In this document: positions 18,393 through 29,308 of the stretch, piece by piece
Layout: each line of letters opens with the position of its first letter
How positions within the stretch are numbered: position 1 is the first letter of the stretch
Source of the DNA: a virus
Lineage: Duplodnaviria; Caudoviricetes
Strand: one strand, 5' to 3'
IMG/VR virus record: IMGVR_UViG_3300014203_000001
Span: 1 to 64,000 of that record
Length of the DNA stretch: 64,000 nucleotides
Program-made: the position numbers and the translations under genes
The notes under the pieces: model-generated
The model's database searches: none
The model's input: the letters and a program-made list of their open reading frames with translations, nothing else
What the model was told of the DNA's origin: nothing

Positions 18393-20573
18393 TTATTTAT
18401 GAACTCTATGTCTTACTACTGGGCAGAAGTTCTCTCTTGTTGGATTATCATCTACAATATTTGTCATATCGCTTAGATAATTCTGAGGTTGCTTCATAAA
18501 GAACAAATCCATATTAGATGGCTTTGTCTTCTTATAAGTTAATGGATAATACAAAGCCTTACTTAAATTCTGGTATAACATTGATATTGTAACACTAGGA
18601 TTATCAGTAAGAGCTTGATTTAGTGGTATTAATTTATAAGGAACATCAGGAATATCCCAATCTGGAAACTCTAAGATATTCTCATCTGATCTTAGTTGAT
18701 TCATTAGAAGTATTTCTAAATGAACTCCCATGATATGAAGTTTGCCTTCTATTACATGCTCTAATAAAGTTTGCAATATAGCATGTCTAGTATACTTTTC
18801 TGGATTGGCTTTCTTCAATTTAGGATCTATCTTTTTATTGATAACGTTCTGGATATCGTCTAATGTTTTACTAAGCTCATTATTACGAAGCTTAATAAAG
18901 AATAGAGGAATCTCTTCTTTACTAAGTGCATTCAAGTCGATCTGTAACATATCATCATCAGTCAATTCTGCTTTTCTAAGAAAAGGATCAAAGTCTGTTG
19001 ATATATACATTGGATCTGGAATACCATTTTCATTCTCAGTAGTTATACATATTCTTTCTCCCTTAGGCAATTCTATGTATAGCTCAGTGATATACTTGTT
19101 ATAGTTCGCATCCATAACAGCGTCTTCTTCATCGTCATCATCGTCTTCCTGAAGATAATTTGTTTTCTTGAAATCGTCTTCATTATCGTATCCAATATTG
19201 GCTGGATCTATAATAAGATAACTTCCTTTAGGAAAGTCTATTTTATTATTTAGCTGTAATATATTTACATTGACAGTAAATATATTATGGAATTCTTTAG
19301 TCCAATTCATAGCTTTGATAAGTGTTTCAAGTAAATGCTTAGCCGACAATTGTCGTTGAGTCAACTCAGATGACAAATTCTCAGCTGCATATTTACCTAT
19401 CTTGATATTATTATTTGTATAACCCAAATCTCCATAGCATTTATAGCATACTCCACTACCTCTAGCATTAGATGCACATGTCATAGGACTACGAAGATAA
19501 ATAGTTCTACCAACTAAGAAAGTATCTTTAGATGTAATAATAAACTCTTGTCCATTTGGATGGAATCGATAATATCTATCTAATAGAAGATTCAAGATAG
19601 ATTCATTTTTGATCTCTAGAATTTGATAATTATTACTATGACAGTCATATGTAGGATCGTCATATAATCTAGTATCTATATTATTTAACCCTAAGATACG
19701 AGCAAAGTTACCACTGTATCCTACATTGTTCTTCATCTGAATCTGTGCAATACGAGATGCACTCGAATCAATGAATTGTGCCAATACACTATTTAATGCA
19801 CCTTGTATATAACTACCATCGATAATAGCAGGATGTACTCCTCCTTGCCCATTTGGTTTAGAACCAACATGAACACCATATTCTTTATACTGTCTTTTGT
19901 TGATACCCTCTTTAGACATAAATGCATCTCTAGTACAATGATGATATCCAAGATATTTCTTAGATTCATTAACTATAATATCTATAGCTCTTTCTGCTTT
20001 CTTCATACCATAATCCTTAACCTCCTCAATAGGAGTATTTGGTGGAACAGTGGTATGCATTATAGCATCATATTCAGGACAAGCATTCATCAATGCGATA
20101 TCATCCTCTAAGTTAATAGTGTTTGCTATATACATAGAGAACAAATCAACGTCTATAAAATTATACAAAGTATCATCGATAGTATTATTCATATAAATAC
20201 TATCGATTGTTTTTCTTACTATATCTACAAAGTGTTTGTCGATAAATGCTTTAATGTTATCTTGAGTTATCGACTTGTTGAAATACAGGTGTTTTCCTGT
20301 AACTTGCTGGTTTACTCGCACAATTAAATACCAGTGGATCATATTGAAATATAAATCGAATATCGACATCTCAACAATGTCATTATCTCCGAAGTCTACT
20401 GTGATGAAAGTCTGTTGAAGAAAATCGGTTTCTATACCATCTTTCATCATATTTAGAATACCGTCGTAGTACTCCTGCCAGTTATTAATATTAATATCGC
20501 TGGTATAGATTACCATTCTGCCTGTCTTTACATATTCCCCAAACATGTAATAATTATTAATGTTCTCTAGCAT
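18393..20573 (-). CDS. RNA polymerase beta' C-terminal-half subunit (probably non-virion RNAP)
   Basis: Bridge-helix-like VGYSGNFARIL, zinc site YLRSPMTC...GVCYKCYG, trigger loop IGKYAAENLSSELTQRQLSAKH, HLEILLMNQLR; early promoter at 20636-20651. Confidence 0.88.
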   Translation of the reverse strand: MLENINNYYMFGEYVKTGRMVIYTSDININNWQEYYDGILNMMKDGIETDFLQQTFITVDFGDNDIVEMSIFDLYFNMIHWYLIVRVNQQVTGKHLYFNKSITQDNIKAFIDKHFVDIVRKTIDSIYMNNTIDDTLYNFIDVDLFSMYIANTINLEDDIALMNACPEYDAIMHTTVPPNTPIEEVKDYGMKKAERAIDIIVNESKKYLGYHHCTRDAFMSKEGINKRQYKEYGVHVGSKPNGQGGVHPAIIDGSYIQGALNSVLAQFIDSSASRIAQIQMKNNVGYSGNFARILGLNNIDTRLYDDPTYDCHSNNYQILEIKNESILNLLLDRYYRFHPNGQEFIITSKDTFLVGRTIYLRSPMTCASNARGSGVCYKCYGDLGYTNNNIKIGKYAAENLSSELTQRQLSAKHLLETLIKAMNWTKEFHNIFTVNVNILQLNNKIDFPKGSYLIIDPANIGYDNEDDFKKTNYLQEDDDDDEEDAVMDANYNKYITELYIELPKGERICITTENENGIPDPMYISTDFDPFLRKAELTDDDMLQIDLNALSKEEIPLFFIKLRNNELSKTLDDIQNVINKKIDPKLKKANPEKYTRHAILQTLLEHVIEGKLHIMGVHLEILLMNQLRSDENILEFPDWDIPDVPYKLIPLNQALTDNPSVTISMLYQNLSKALYYPLTYKKTKPSNMDLFFMKQPQNYLSDMTNIVDDNPTRENFCPVVRHRVHK

Positions 20574-20721
20574 TTACACACTCCCCTTTAATACGTAATA
20601 TTATAAAGTTAGAGTCGAATTAGAATTCGATCTCATATATATAATATATAACTAAACGTATAAATGCCCACTCAAAAGACAGAGTATAGAGGGATAGCAT
20701 AATGCTATCCCTCTTGTATCT

Positions 20722-21150
20722 TTATCTACCAATAGGACGAGTGAATGCGTTAGGGGTAATCTTAAGTAAGCTGCGTTGTGCCATAATAGCATCTTTCTTA
20801 ACACGAGCGCCGTACTTATTCATCAATTTACCGATAAGTTTACGCTCCATAATACGATTCTTACGAAGAGCTGTCCAATCAGCATCTCCATTTTCTTTTG
20901 CTTTTTGAAGAGCAGCAATCTTAATACGACGAGTTAAATCATCCATTTTAGTAAGACGAACAATTGTCTTCTTACCAACAACACCTGCTTCTTCTAATGC
21001 TTTAACTTCATCTGACTGAAGATATTCGTTTTTTTGTTCTTCACTCATCATAGCAACTTGCTGAATGAACATATGTTCCATCAACATGTTTTGATCTATA
21101 ATGCCTGCTTCTTCCATACCTTGTTCTACACTATTGCCAAAAAATGACAT
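20722..21150 (-). CDS. Late protein, probably internal head protein
   Basis: Start revised to MSFFG behind AGGAGG; late promoter at 21208-21219; acidic N-terminus with xxE motifs and basic C-terminus. Confidence 0.6.
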   Translation of the reverse strand: MSFFGNSVEQGMEEAGIIDQNMLMEHMFIQQVAMMSEEQKNEYLQSDEVKALEEAGVVGKKTIVRLTKMDDLTRRIKIAALQKAKENGDADWTALRKNRIMERKLIGKLMNKYGARVKKDAIMAQRSLLKITPNAFTRPIGR

Positions 21151-21316
21151 ATCATGATACCTCCTAAAAATATTCATTATATCCACAGATATAAGCGTTC
21201 TGTAGTTTAATTAAATGTTATCGGTGTATAAATAGATTTTAAGCGAATATTAAAAGATACTGCCTATCTTACATTCATATAATGAGCTAAATACATTGAT
21301 AAAGGGGTAATTAGAG

Positions 21317-21727
21317 ATGTTTGAAGGAAATATAATGGAAAGATATACTGGTATTTTAAAACGTATTATGCCACTATCTATTCCAGCTTTAAGTGAAAAA
21401 GAAATCGATGAGGCTATACAATACTCTATACAAAAGAGATTTAAGAATAGCGATTGTAGTATCGATAACAATTATAAACACAAGGTAGTCAATACTACAA
21501 TCATGGAACTTACTAATTATATTCTAGATAAAGAACCTATTATGACATCGTATGGATGCTTATTCTCAAAGCATGGTAAAGTAAAGAATCCACTATATGA
21601 TCTAATAGAAGAGATCGTAACTATTAGGGATAAGTTCAAACAGGAGATGTTTAAATACCCTAAAGGGAGTGAGCAATACAATAAATATCACTTACTACAA
21701 TTATTAGCTAAAGTGGACGCTAACGCT
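21317..21727 (+). CDS. Family B DNA polymerase, exon 1
   Basis: Ends ...QLLAKVDANA; joined to exon 2 this restores the PolB motif KxxxNxxYG (KVDANA|IYG). Confidence 0.85.
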
Positions 21728-22952
21728 TGAGACGGCACTAATCTAACCGTCATAGGCTCGCTAAGAGGTGACTCTTGGTCAGACAACTCCGTGAATTGCT
21801 GGGATGCGCTAAGTGCTCTAGAAGCTACAACATAATCCGAGAGGATAGGTGTGAATGCGAACGAAAGTTAGAAAAAATTCTAGAGATGGCATAAGACGAA
21901 CCGAAAGTCTAAGTGCTTTAAAATGGCTAATCAGCAGCCAAGTTTAAATTTTAATAACCTTAACACCCATATAACCAAATACTTTATATGGGAGATGTGG
22001 TAAAATGTTTTATCCAGCTTATAGAATAGAATGGAAAATTATATCTCTGTATCCAATTAAGGAAAATATGTATGCTATTAGTAATAATGGATGGGTAAAA
22101 AATATAAAAACTGGTCTTATATTATCTACTAGTGAAATTAATAGTGGATATTATATTGTAAGATTGAGCTGTGTTAATACGAAGAAAGTTAAAGCTTTTT
22201 TACTCCATAGATTAGTAGCTATACATTTTGTCGAAAATAATAATCCAGAAAGAAATACTGTAAATCATATGGATGGAAATAAACATTTGTGTGAATTTTA
22301 CAATCTTGAATGGAATACCCAAGCAGAGAATAATGAACATGCTAAACAGACAGGATTGAATAAAGGGTATTGTGAAGATCATTATGCAGCTACATTGACT
22401 AATGATCAAGTAATACAAATATGTGAGATGCTACAAGATGGAAGTTTCTCATATAAAGATATACTAGATTCAATATGTTTGGATTCTTCTAATCCTAAGT
22501 ATAATAACAACTACGATCTTATAGGAAATATTAGAAGAGGTATAGCATGGAACCGAATATCTAAAGATTACTCTTTTCCAAAATATAGGCACAATGCAAT
22601 ATATAGTGATACACAAATACACGAAATGTGCAATTATTTAAAAGATAGTATATCTATAGATATTATCTATAATAAAATAACTGGATTGAGTTATATAAAT
22701 TCTACTATTAATAAACCGTTTTATGAATTTATAAGAAAACTCAAGAACAGACAGCATTTTACCGAAATATCTAGCAGTTACTGGAGTTAAAATTTTAAAA
22801 GGTTCAACGACTACTGTAGAGCACAAGCGTGTTCGAAGTGCGGAGCGTCTCTACATGCGGTGGAGATGATGATATAGTCTAGTTCTCAGGGAAAACCTGG
22901 GGAAGTTCATAAGAGAACTGCATATGGAGTAGCGTCTGTGTGTGAATGTACG
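21728..22952 (+). mobile_element. Group I self-splicing intron with HNH homing endonuclease
   Basis: 5' exon ends in U and the intron ends in G. Core elements: GAATTGCTGGGA (P), AATCAGCAG (Q), GTTCAACGACTA (R), GATATAGTCT (S). Removing it gives an in-frame 697-aa polymerase. Confidence 0.9.
22005..22790 (+). CDS. Intron-encoded HNH homing endonuclease
   Basis: YAISNNGWVKN (NUMOD4-like) and HRLVA...VNHMDGNK...NLEWNTQAENNEHA; own RBS and late promoter at 21962-21973. Confidence 0.9.
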   Translation: MFYPAYRIEWKIISLYPIKENMYAISNNGWVKNIKTGLILSTSEINSGYYIVRLSCVNTKKVKAFLLHRLVAIHFVENNNPERNTVNHMDGNKHLCEFYNLEWNTQAENNEHAKQTGLNKGYCEDHYAATLTNDQVIQICEMLQDGSFSYKDILDSICLDSSNPKYNNNYDLIGNIRRGIAWNRISKDYSFPKYRHNAIYSDTQIHEMCNYLKDSISIDIIYNKITGLSYINSTINKPFYEFIRKLKNRQHFTEISSSYWS

Positions 22953-24635
22953 ATTTACGGTTCGATTGGAAACTATAGCTCGATGTTTTATAATATATAT
23001 GTGGCTACAGGAATTACCAGTCAGGGTAGATCTGCAATCTCAGCATCTATTATGTTATTCGAGGGATTGCTTTCAAACAATGTTAAGTTTGGTTCTTTGA
23101 ATGAGATCATTACATTCATAGACAATGTAAGAACAGAACCTAGAATAACAAAAGATATATTTGTATTAGATAGAGAGGTATCTCTAGCTGAAGCATATTG
23201 CAAGATAATGGGTACATGTGGTTATAATTGGATTCCAACTAAGAAAGAAGCTAATCTTGTATGGGATATCGTTAGTAGATTAACTCCGCAAGATTGGAAC
23301 AGATTGTATTATAAGAACAATATGTTTGCGTTCTTTGAGAATACTAAAATGAGTAATCTTCTTATGACTGCGCTATGTAAACTAAAAGTACCATTCCTAA
23401 ATCCTAATAAACCGCCTAAGGAAATCAAAGGAGATTTAGAAACTATAATTGCATTAGTAAAAGAATATGTTTACTATGAGTATCAGATCATTGATAAACT
23501 AGATAGAGTAGAAAGTATGATAAGAGATGTTGTTCTCGTTACAGATACAGATTCTTGTATTATAAGTTTAGAACCTTGGTATCAATTTGTATTAGAGAAG
23601 ACTAAGGGTATTGAGATGAATATCAAGCATGAGATCATTGATATTGTAGAATACCTAGAAGCAGACGAGTTCGGAGATAGAGAATTATTAAATATCGTAG
23701 AAAGAGTAGATTATACATACGATTATGATTTCTATGATGAGAAACTTATTCAGAGAGAACGGATGATCAATCCAGTACAAGTTATACCTCAAGATGGATT
23801 AAGACATTCTATTATAAATATCATGTCTTATTGCATAAGCCAACTTATCTTAGACTATATGCACAAGTATACAATGAATCACAATTCAGCCGCTCCAGAT
23901 AGAAAGTGCCTTCTTATTATGAAGAACGAGTATCTATTCAAGAGTATTCTACTTACTGAAGGGAAAAAGAACTATGCCAGTATACAAGAAGTAGAAGAAG
24001 GAAATCTTGTTCCTAAGAATAAATCTCTTGCTATATCTGGTCTACCTATTGATAAAATTGGTATACCTAAATCTACTAGTAAAGCCCTTAAGAAGATTAT
24101 GTATGAAGATATCCTAAATACGGAAGAGATCAATCAAATAGATATTCTTAAGAAGATTGCTATACTAGAGAGAAAGATATTTACTTCTATTGAGAATGGC
24201 GAAACAGAATACCATAAACCTGCTAGAATAAAATCTATTGGAACTTATGATAATCCTATGAGAATACAAGGTATCAAAGCATCAGTAGCGTACAACTGTT
24301 TAAGAGATCATGATCAAGAAGCAATAGATTTAGATAAGAGAAATAGTATTCTTATTATCAAGGTGAATATATCTAAGAAAACTATCGAGAGTTTACGTAA
24401 TACCGATCCTGATAAGTTCGCTCAAATGGAGAAGTTATTAGAAACAAAAGAATTTAAAGGAGTTGTAGAAGCGGTAGCTATTCCATATAACGCATCTATT
24501 CCTAAATGGTTAGTAGAATTCATCGATTACAAAACAATCATTCATAATAACCTTAACAGCTTCCCATTGGAATCTATTGGTATATCTAGATTAAACAATA
24601 GCAGTATCACATACACCAATATATTAGAATTATAA
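22953..24635 (+). CDS. Family B DNA polymerase, exon 2
   Basis: IYGSIG...ITSQGRSAIS, catalytic TDTDS, KKNYA; phiKZ/AR9-type divergent PolB. Confidence 0.88.
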   Translation: MYGSIGNYSSMFYNIYVATGITSQGRSAISASIMLFEGLLSNNVKFGSLNEIITFIDNVRTEPRITKDIFVLDREVSLAEAYCKIMGTCGYNWIPTKKEANLVWDIVSRLTPQDWNRLYYKNNMFAFFENTKMSNLLMTALCKLKVPFLNPNKPPKEIKGDLETIIALVKEYVYYEYQIIDKLDRVESMIRDVVLVTDTDSCIISLEPWYQFVLEKTKGIEMNIKHEIIDIVEYLEADEFGDRELLNIVERVDYTYDYDFYDEKLIQRERMINPVQVIPQDGLRHSIINIMSYCISQLILDYMHKYTMNHNSAAPDRKCLLIMKNEYLFKSILLTEGKKNYASIQEVEEGNLVPKNKSLAISGLPIDKIGIPKSTSKALKKIMYEDILNTEEINQIDILKKIAILERKIFTSIENGETEYHKPARIKSIGTYDNPMRIQGIKASVAYNCLRDHDQEAIDLDKRNSILIIKVNISKKTIESLRNTDPDKFAQMEKLLETKEFKGVVEAVAIPYNASIPKWLVEFIDYKTIIHNNLNSFPLESIGISRLNNSSITYTNILEL

Positions 24636-24669
24636 ATATGAAAGTACAATATACTAAAAATGTATAGAG

Positions 24670-24882
24670 GTGATTTTAATAATGCCTAAAGATCTACTAA
24701 ATGAAATTCTGATATATAACAATAATATGATTCACGCTATTGCAATTAGAGAGAATGTTCTCTCTAAACTTTCCGAAAACGATAATGATTATCAAACAAG
24801 GAAAATAGCGTTTGACGTATCATTAGATATATTAAAATTCGAGCAACGACATCTACAAAGAATAATTGATAAGTACAAGTAA
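24670..24882 (+). CDS. Hypothetical protein
   Basis: About 70-aa ORF with RBS GAGGTGA (true start probably MPKD). Confidence 0.6.
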   Translation: MILIMPKDLLNEILIYNNNMIHAIAIRENVLSKLSENDNDYQTRKIAFDVSLDILKFEQRHLQRIIDKYK

Positions 24883-24932
24883 AACAATCTAAATACTATA
24901 TAGTAAACGTATAGTATAGGAGGATTGTTTAT

Positions 24933-25211
24933 ATGGGATTGGTTAATGGTAGTATAGGTAAGTCATTGTTCACTTATCTAACTAAAGTATTTATCGAGTA
25001 TGCAGATTTTGATACTATTGTAGCTCTAGTGAATGTTAAGAAAGAAACAAGGTATGTAAAAGCTGCAATTAAAGAACAGAACAATGCAAAGATAAACTTC
25101 GGATTACATAGGTTAAGTCAACTAGATGGTGGACTGAATATTATCAAAGACATATATAAAGACAGCCAAGATGAGACTATCAAGAAAAGACTTATTAAAT
25201 ATCTTAAATGA
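24933..25211 (+). CDS. Hypothetical protein
   Basis: 92 aa, RBS AGGAGG. Confidence 0.75.
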   Translation: MGLVNGSIGKSLFTYLTKVFIEYADFDTIVALVNVKKETRYVKAAIKEQNNAKINFGLHRLSQLDGGLNIIKDIYKDSQDETIKKRLIKYLK

Positions 25212-25277
25212 CAATATTCCCATATCTCTCAGAGATATGGGAATATATTTTCTTTATAAAGCGAGGGAACGTAGAAA

Positions 25278-25547
25278 ATGGACGATACTTTTAACGAATT
25301 ACTACGTAATATGGAACTGGTATACAATACTGGAGAGAAGGTAAGAGTTAAGGAATGCAAACGATTAGCATGTACTCTATTGCTTACTGATGGTGTAATA
25401 GATGCTAATAAATGTAGAGATCTTATATTATCCACTCCTATACGTTTAGGATGGATAAAAGAGAAAGATACTGAATATCTATCTATTAGATATAAGGATA
25501 TAAATATAGAGTTTTGTAAAGTAGTAAACGATATACTTGTATTATAA
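25278..25547 (+). CDS. Hypothetical protein
   Basis: 89 aa, RBS GAGGG. Confidence 0.7.
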   Translation: MDDTFNELLRNMELVYNTGEKVRVKECKRLACTLLLTDGVIDANKCRDLILSTPIRLGWIKEKDTEYLSIRYKDINIEFCKVVNDILVL

Positions 25548-25648
25548 TTTTATTGTAATGCTTCTATATTTCAGTTATATATTATATAGGTGAGCAACAA
25601 TAAAATTTATAACTGAGCTGGCAGCGTAACTAGCGAAAGGGGTATACT

Positions 25649-26869
25649 ATGTATACTAAAGTAGAAGGTAAAGAAATCTTGGTTAATGTATTCGACAACG
25701 AAACTGAGGAGCAAGCATTAGATGCTGTATATTCCATTATGGGATATAATACACGTAAGCTCGAAGACGGAACTATTAAGAAATTAGTTTCCACTGCAAA
25801 AGAAACTACTCTTAGAGAGAGCCTTACTTATTTAGGAAAGAGATTCAGTAAAGGATTTTCTGCGTTTGCATTCAGCAAACATAGCGAGGAAGAGCTATAC
25901 GAAGCAACTAAACAAATCATATTAGCTCCAAAAATGGTAGAAGCTTTTATTAAAGGAGCTATACTATCCGATCACAAAAAGCTAGACGAGATGATCAAAT
26001 CGTTAGATGTCGAAAAGCTAGTAGGTTTACCAGTCATTTTCAAACTCATCTCTAATAATACATTAGAGATGCTAGATGAAAATAAAAATCTCATTGGTAG
26101 TATCGATATGGATACCAATGAAATAATTACCAATGGTGTACTTAGCGATGAACAATCAGAGTTTATCACAGCCAATGGATTCGAAGTAAAAAATTCAGTT
26201 GTCTATCTTCCTCCAGTTGTAAAAGAAGAAAAGAAACCACTTCAAAAGTCAATCAAAGTAGAAGCAACTGTTGTGGAAGATTCTACTACTCAAACAGTAG
26301 AAGATACAACTGCGAGTGAACCAGTGGCTGAAGAAAAACCAAACGGTGCAGACTCTGCTAAATTAAAAACAATGCTGGAAATTGCAGAGGACAAACTTAA
26401 AACTAAAGAAGTAGTTGAAACCAACGTAGACGATTCTGTTAAGGAAACCACTACAACTATTCCGAACGAGCCAGTGGCAGAGGAAGTAAAGGTGGAAGTA
26501 GTTGAAGATGAAAAAGAAGTAACGACTACTATTATCAATCCAACTCAAACAATTGAACTTGCCCATACAGAACAAGTTGCAGTTAGAATTAATATGGATG
26601 CGATTAAGAACTTTGTCAATGCAGATAGTCTTAACAATATCCCAGAGGATATTAAAGAACATATCCTTCTGAGAATCGAATCTGCTATCAAAACATTATC
26701 TGCTCAAAAAGATTGGAATAAATATTTATCAACTAAAGATAAGTATGGATTCGTTAAATCTCGTATGTTTAGCAAAGATAACTTTGCTCTAGTTAGAAGT
26801 AGAATGATGTTAGAATTCAAAGAAGATGGTATGTGCTATCCTAAAAAGGGTAAAGCTATTAATAAATAA
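25649..26869 (+). CDS. Early hypothetical protein with acidic E/T/V-rich linker
   Basis: 406 aa; early promoter at 25575-25588; terminator at ~26881-26910. Confidence 0.8.
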   Translation: MYTKVEGKEILVNVFDNETEEQALDAVYSIMGYNTRKLEDGTIKKLVSTAKETTLRESLTYLGKRFSKGFSAFAFSKHSEEELYEATKQIILAPKMVEAFIKGAILSDHKKLDEMIKSLDVEKLVGLPVIFKLISNNTLEMLDENKNLIGSIDMDTNEIITNGVLSDEQSEFITANGFEVKNSVVYLPPVVKEEKKPLQKSIKVEATVVEDSTTQTVEDTTASEPVAEEKPNGADSAKLKTMLEIAEDKLKTKEVVETNVDDSVKETTTTIPNEPVAEEVKVEVVEDEKEVTTTIINPTQTIELAHTEQVAVRINMDAIKNFVNADSLNNIPEDIKEHILLRIESAIKTLSAQKDWNKYLSTKDKYGFVKSRMFSKDNFALVRSRMMLEFKEDGMCYPKKGKAINK

Positions 26870-26924
26870 GTTTAGGCATATAAAGGGAGTATTTTCTCCC
26901 TTTATTTTTTCAAGGAGGTAATCT

Positions 26925-27665
26925 ATGCAAGAAGATATAAAATACGGAAGCTATAATAAAGTCGAAGATACGATATATTATCTAGGTTCCAACGCAGTTT
27001 TGAAAATGAATGTATCTTTATACACAAATTCAGAAAAGTATGGGCGTAGAAGTTATTACCAAGAACTTCAATACTATAATGAAAAAGTCGGAGAAAAGGT
27101 AATCAATATAAAAAGAAATTTCGACTTCTTCGCTTCAATAGAAAATCTAAAACCCATCAATGGTAAGAAAGAATATATCATGTTACATCAGCACGATATA
27201 TTCTTATTGAGAAGAACACTCAATCAGCTATTCAAAATGTTTAATGAAGAGTTCGACAACATGTTTGTTAAAAGAAATGGCATTGTTACTATACGTAACA
27301 AAATCAAACCCATCGAAGTATCTGGATTGGCATTAGGAAAGTATTTAGTATTCTCTCCAGACATATCAGAATTCGCAAACGGAGATAGAGTAGCGTGTGT
27401 TAGAATGAATCTAGCCTCTCCGCATAATGCAGTTCTATTAACAGAGAGTAAGCTATGTGGATTTCTAGAATGTGTTAATAACATGGATATGTTTGGGTAT
27501 GCCCAGAATATACTAAACTTCCATGGAAGACCAGCATATGGAACTAATATGTATGATATGTCTAGTAAGCAAGATATAGAAGATAAAGTAATAGCAAAGC
27601 CAGGGAGAAAAATACAGACCAAGGCTAAATCATATTTTGCTAATAAGATGGCAGAAATCGAATAG
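26925..27665 (+). CDS. Hypothetical protein
   Basis: 246 aa, RBS AAGGAGG; bidirectional hairpin at 27665-27689. Confidence 0.8.
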   Translation: MQEDIKYGSYNKVEDTIYYLGSNAVLKMNVSLYTNSEKYGRRSYYQELQYYNEKVGEKVINIKRNFDFFASIENLKPINGKKEYIMLHQHDIFLLRRTLNQLFKMFNEEFDNMFVKRNGIVTIRNKIKPIEVSGLALGKYLVFSPDISEFANGDRVACVRMNLASPHNAVLLTESKLCGFLECVNNMDMFGYAQNILNFHGRPAYGTNMYDMSSKQDIEDKVIAKPGRKIQTKAKSYFANKMAEIE

Positions 27666-27694
27666 AGATACAGCATTGCTGTATCTCTTTATTT

Positions 27695-28453
27695 TTAGTT
27701 TATAGTATACATCACTGGTTGATTTTTATTTGCTGCTCCGACATAATTATCTTCTAATTTCTGGACTATATCGTCTCGTCTATTAGCCTTCTCTTGTATC
27801 TCAGATAGCTTCAAGTCAGTAGACGCGAATACAGTATCTACTCCTTCATAATGTTTGAGGTATTCATATAAGAATATAGCAGTATCAGCCTGAGCTAAAG
27901 CCTCAAAGGTTTCCATCTTAGTAGGTTCTATAGTCATAAGATTAGCTGGATGTTTTATGAATAAACTTATGGGAATATTCTGTTGAAAGTTTAGATATGA
28001 GTTAGACATAATTGTGCTAAGTTTTACTTTATTAGGAGGGAGCCAATCTACATATATTCCACTACTAAATAATGAAGCATGATCTGCCCCCATTTGAGAC
28101 ATAGCAATATCTTCAAAATCATAAGAGCAATCCATTAAAGCAAATGTTGTAGCTCCAGCTCCCATATATCCAGGAGATTTAGCACTAAACTCATGCCAAT
28201 CAATATCTCCAGCACCAAGTATTTCCTGACTTTCACATGTATCCTCGTCTATTAAATAGAATTCACCCTTCTTATTATGAGGACCTAAGTAATAGATAAT
28301 TTTATGCGGGTAAAACCTACTAAAAGTATCTAGAGTTTCATTAAAGATTACCTTCTCTGCCCACTTATCTTTACATATTTCATCAGGAAGATTAAGTGGT
28401 CTTGTGCCTAGTCTACGTTCTATCTTGTCTAATAACTTCGTCATTCTATTCAT
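27695..28453 (-). CDS. Putative neck / head-tail connector (T4 gp13-like)
   Basis: N-terminal LLDKIERRLGTRPLNL...TLDTFSRFYP resembles the gp13-type ILRRLGAP..NV start; CACA-N6-TA late-like motif upstream. Confidence 0.5.
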   Translation of the reverse strand: MNRMTKLLDKIERRLGTRPLNLPDEICKDKWAEKVIFNETLDTFSRFYPHKIIYYLGPHNKKGEFYLIDEDTCESQEILGAGDIDWHEFSAKSPGYMGAGATTFALMDCSYDFEDIAMSQMGADHASLFSSGIYVDWLPPNKVKLSTIMSNSYLNFQQNIPISLFIKHPANLMTIEPTKMETFEALAQADTAIFLYEYLKHYEGVDTVFASTDLKLSEIQEKANRRDDIVQKLEDNYVGAANKNQPVMYTIN

Positions 28454-28538
28454 CGGTATCAGCTCCTTTTATTACAATGTGTAGAAATTAATAATCGATT
28501 ATATATTATATAATAGAGAAGAAATAAGGGAGGATAAA

Positions 28539-29297
28539 ATGAAATATAAAAATTACGTATATTATATCGATAATGTTATGAAAGTTCTAAATGGTCAAGT
28601 CAATAAGATATTGAAATGCCATAAATACTTCTATGTATATAGAGAAAACGATCCAGTATATGCCAGAGAGGTTAATGGAGTAATTAGTATAAACGTATGT
28701 GCTATAGCTCATGATCTGCGAGACGTAGATTACTTAACTAGATTCGGAAGAATTATAGGAACTATATCACATGAACTTTCCCATATAGACCAGGATGTAA
28801 ACTATTTTAAATATGAAAGAGATTATTCATATAGAGCATGGGTAGAGAAGTCTAACGAGCTAAACTCTATATGTTTTATAATGGATAATCTTAATATGTT
28901 AAAAACAACAATAGGAGATTTCAATCACGAGATCTTTCAAGATCTTTATCAATATGCTAAGATTCACGGGACAAATTATGTAGCTGCTACCAAAAGTAAA
29001 ATGATATCTAATATAATAGAGATCTATATGATCGATACTAATAAAACTAGGTATAAGGAATTAGATACTATTATAATGAATTTGGATGGGAAGAAGTATA
29101 TCATAAAACAAAGAGGAGAAGTTATAGATCCGAATATATTATATCCTCTAGTAGAGGAGCTAACAAACTTTAAAAGTATAAGAGTATTCAATATTCTTAA
29201 TGATCCAAAGACTCTAATCATTAGAGTCCAAGCAGATGAAGAACAAAGAAAGTTAGAAGAAATAGCTTATCGTATAGATAAGAAATATATTGTATAG
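28539..29297 (+). CDS. Early protein with HEXXH zinc-metallopeptidase motif
   Basis: TISHELSHIDQ with a downstream Glu (WVEKSNE); early promoter at 28499-28512. Confidence 0.6.
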   Translation: MKYKNYVYYIDNVMKVLNGQVNKILKCHKYFYVYRENDPVYAREVNGVISINVCAIAHDLRDVDYLTRFGRIIGTISHELSHIDQDVNYFKYERDYSYRAWVEKSNELNSICFIMDNLNMLKTTIGDFNHEIFQDLYQYAKIHGTNYVAATKSKMISNIIEIYMIDTNKTRYKELDTIIMNLDGKKYIIKQRGEVIDPNILYPLVEELTNFKSIRVFNILNDPKTLIIRVQADEEQRKLEEIAYRIDKKYIV

Positions 29298-29308
29298 GGG
29301 AGAATATA

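Noticed and set aside
21728-21730. In-frame TGA in the polymerase suggesting stop-codon reassignment
   Set aside because: It is the first three bases of a group I intron. TAA, TAG and TGA all terminate other genes normally.
25611-25648. GC-rich leader (GCTGGCAGCGTAACTAGCGAAAGGGG) as a possible riboswitch or tRNA fragment
   Set aside because: Too short; only a small hairpin, with no recognisable aptamer or cloverleaf.
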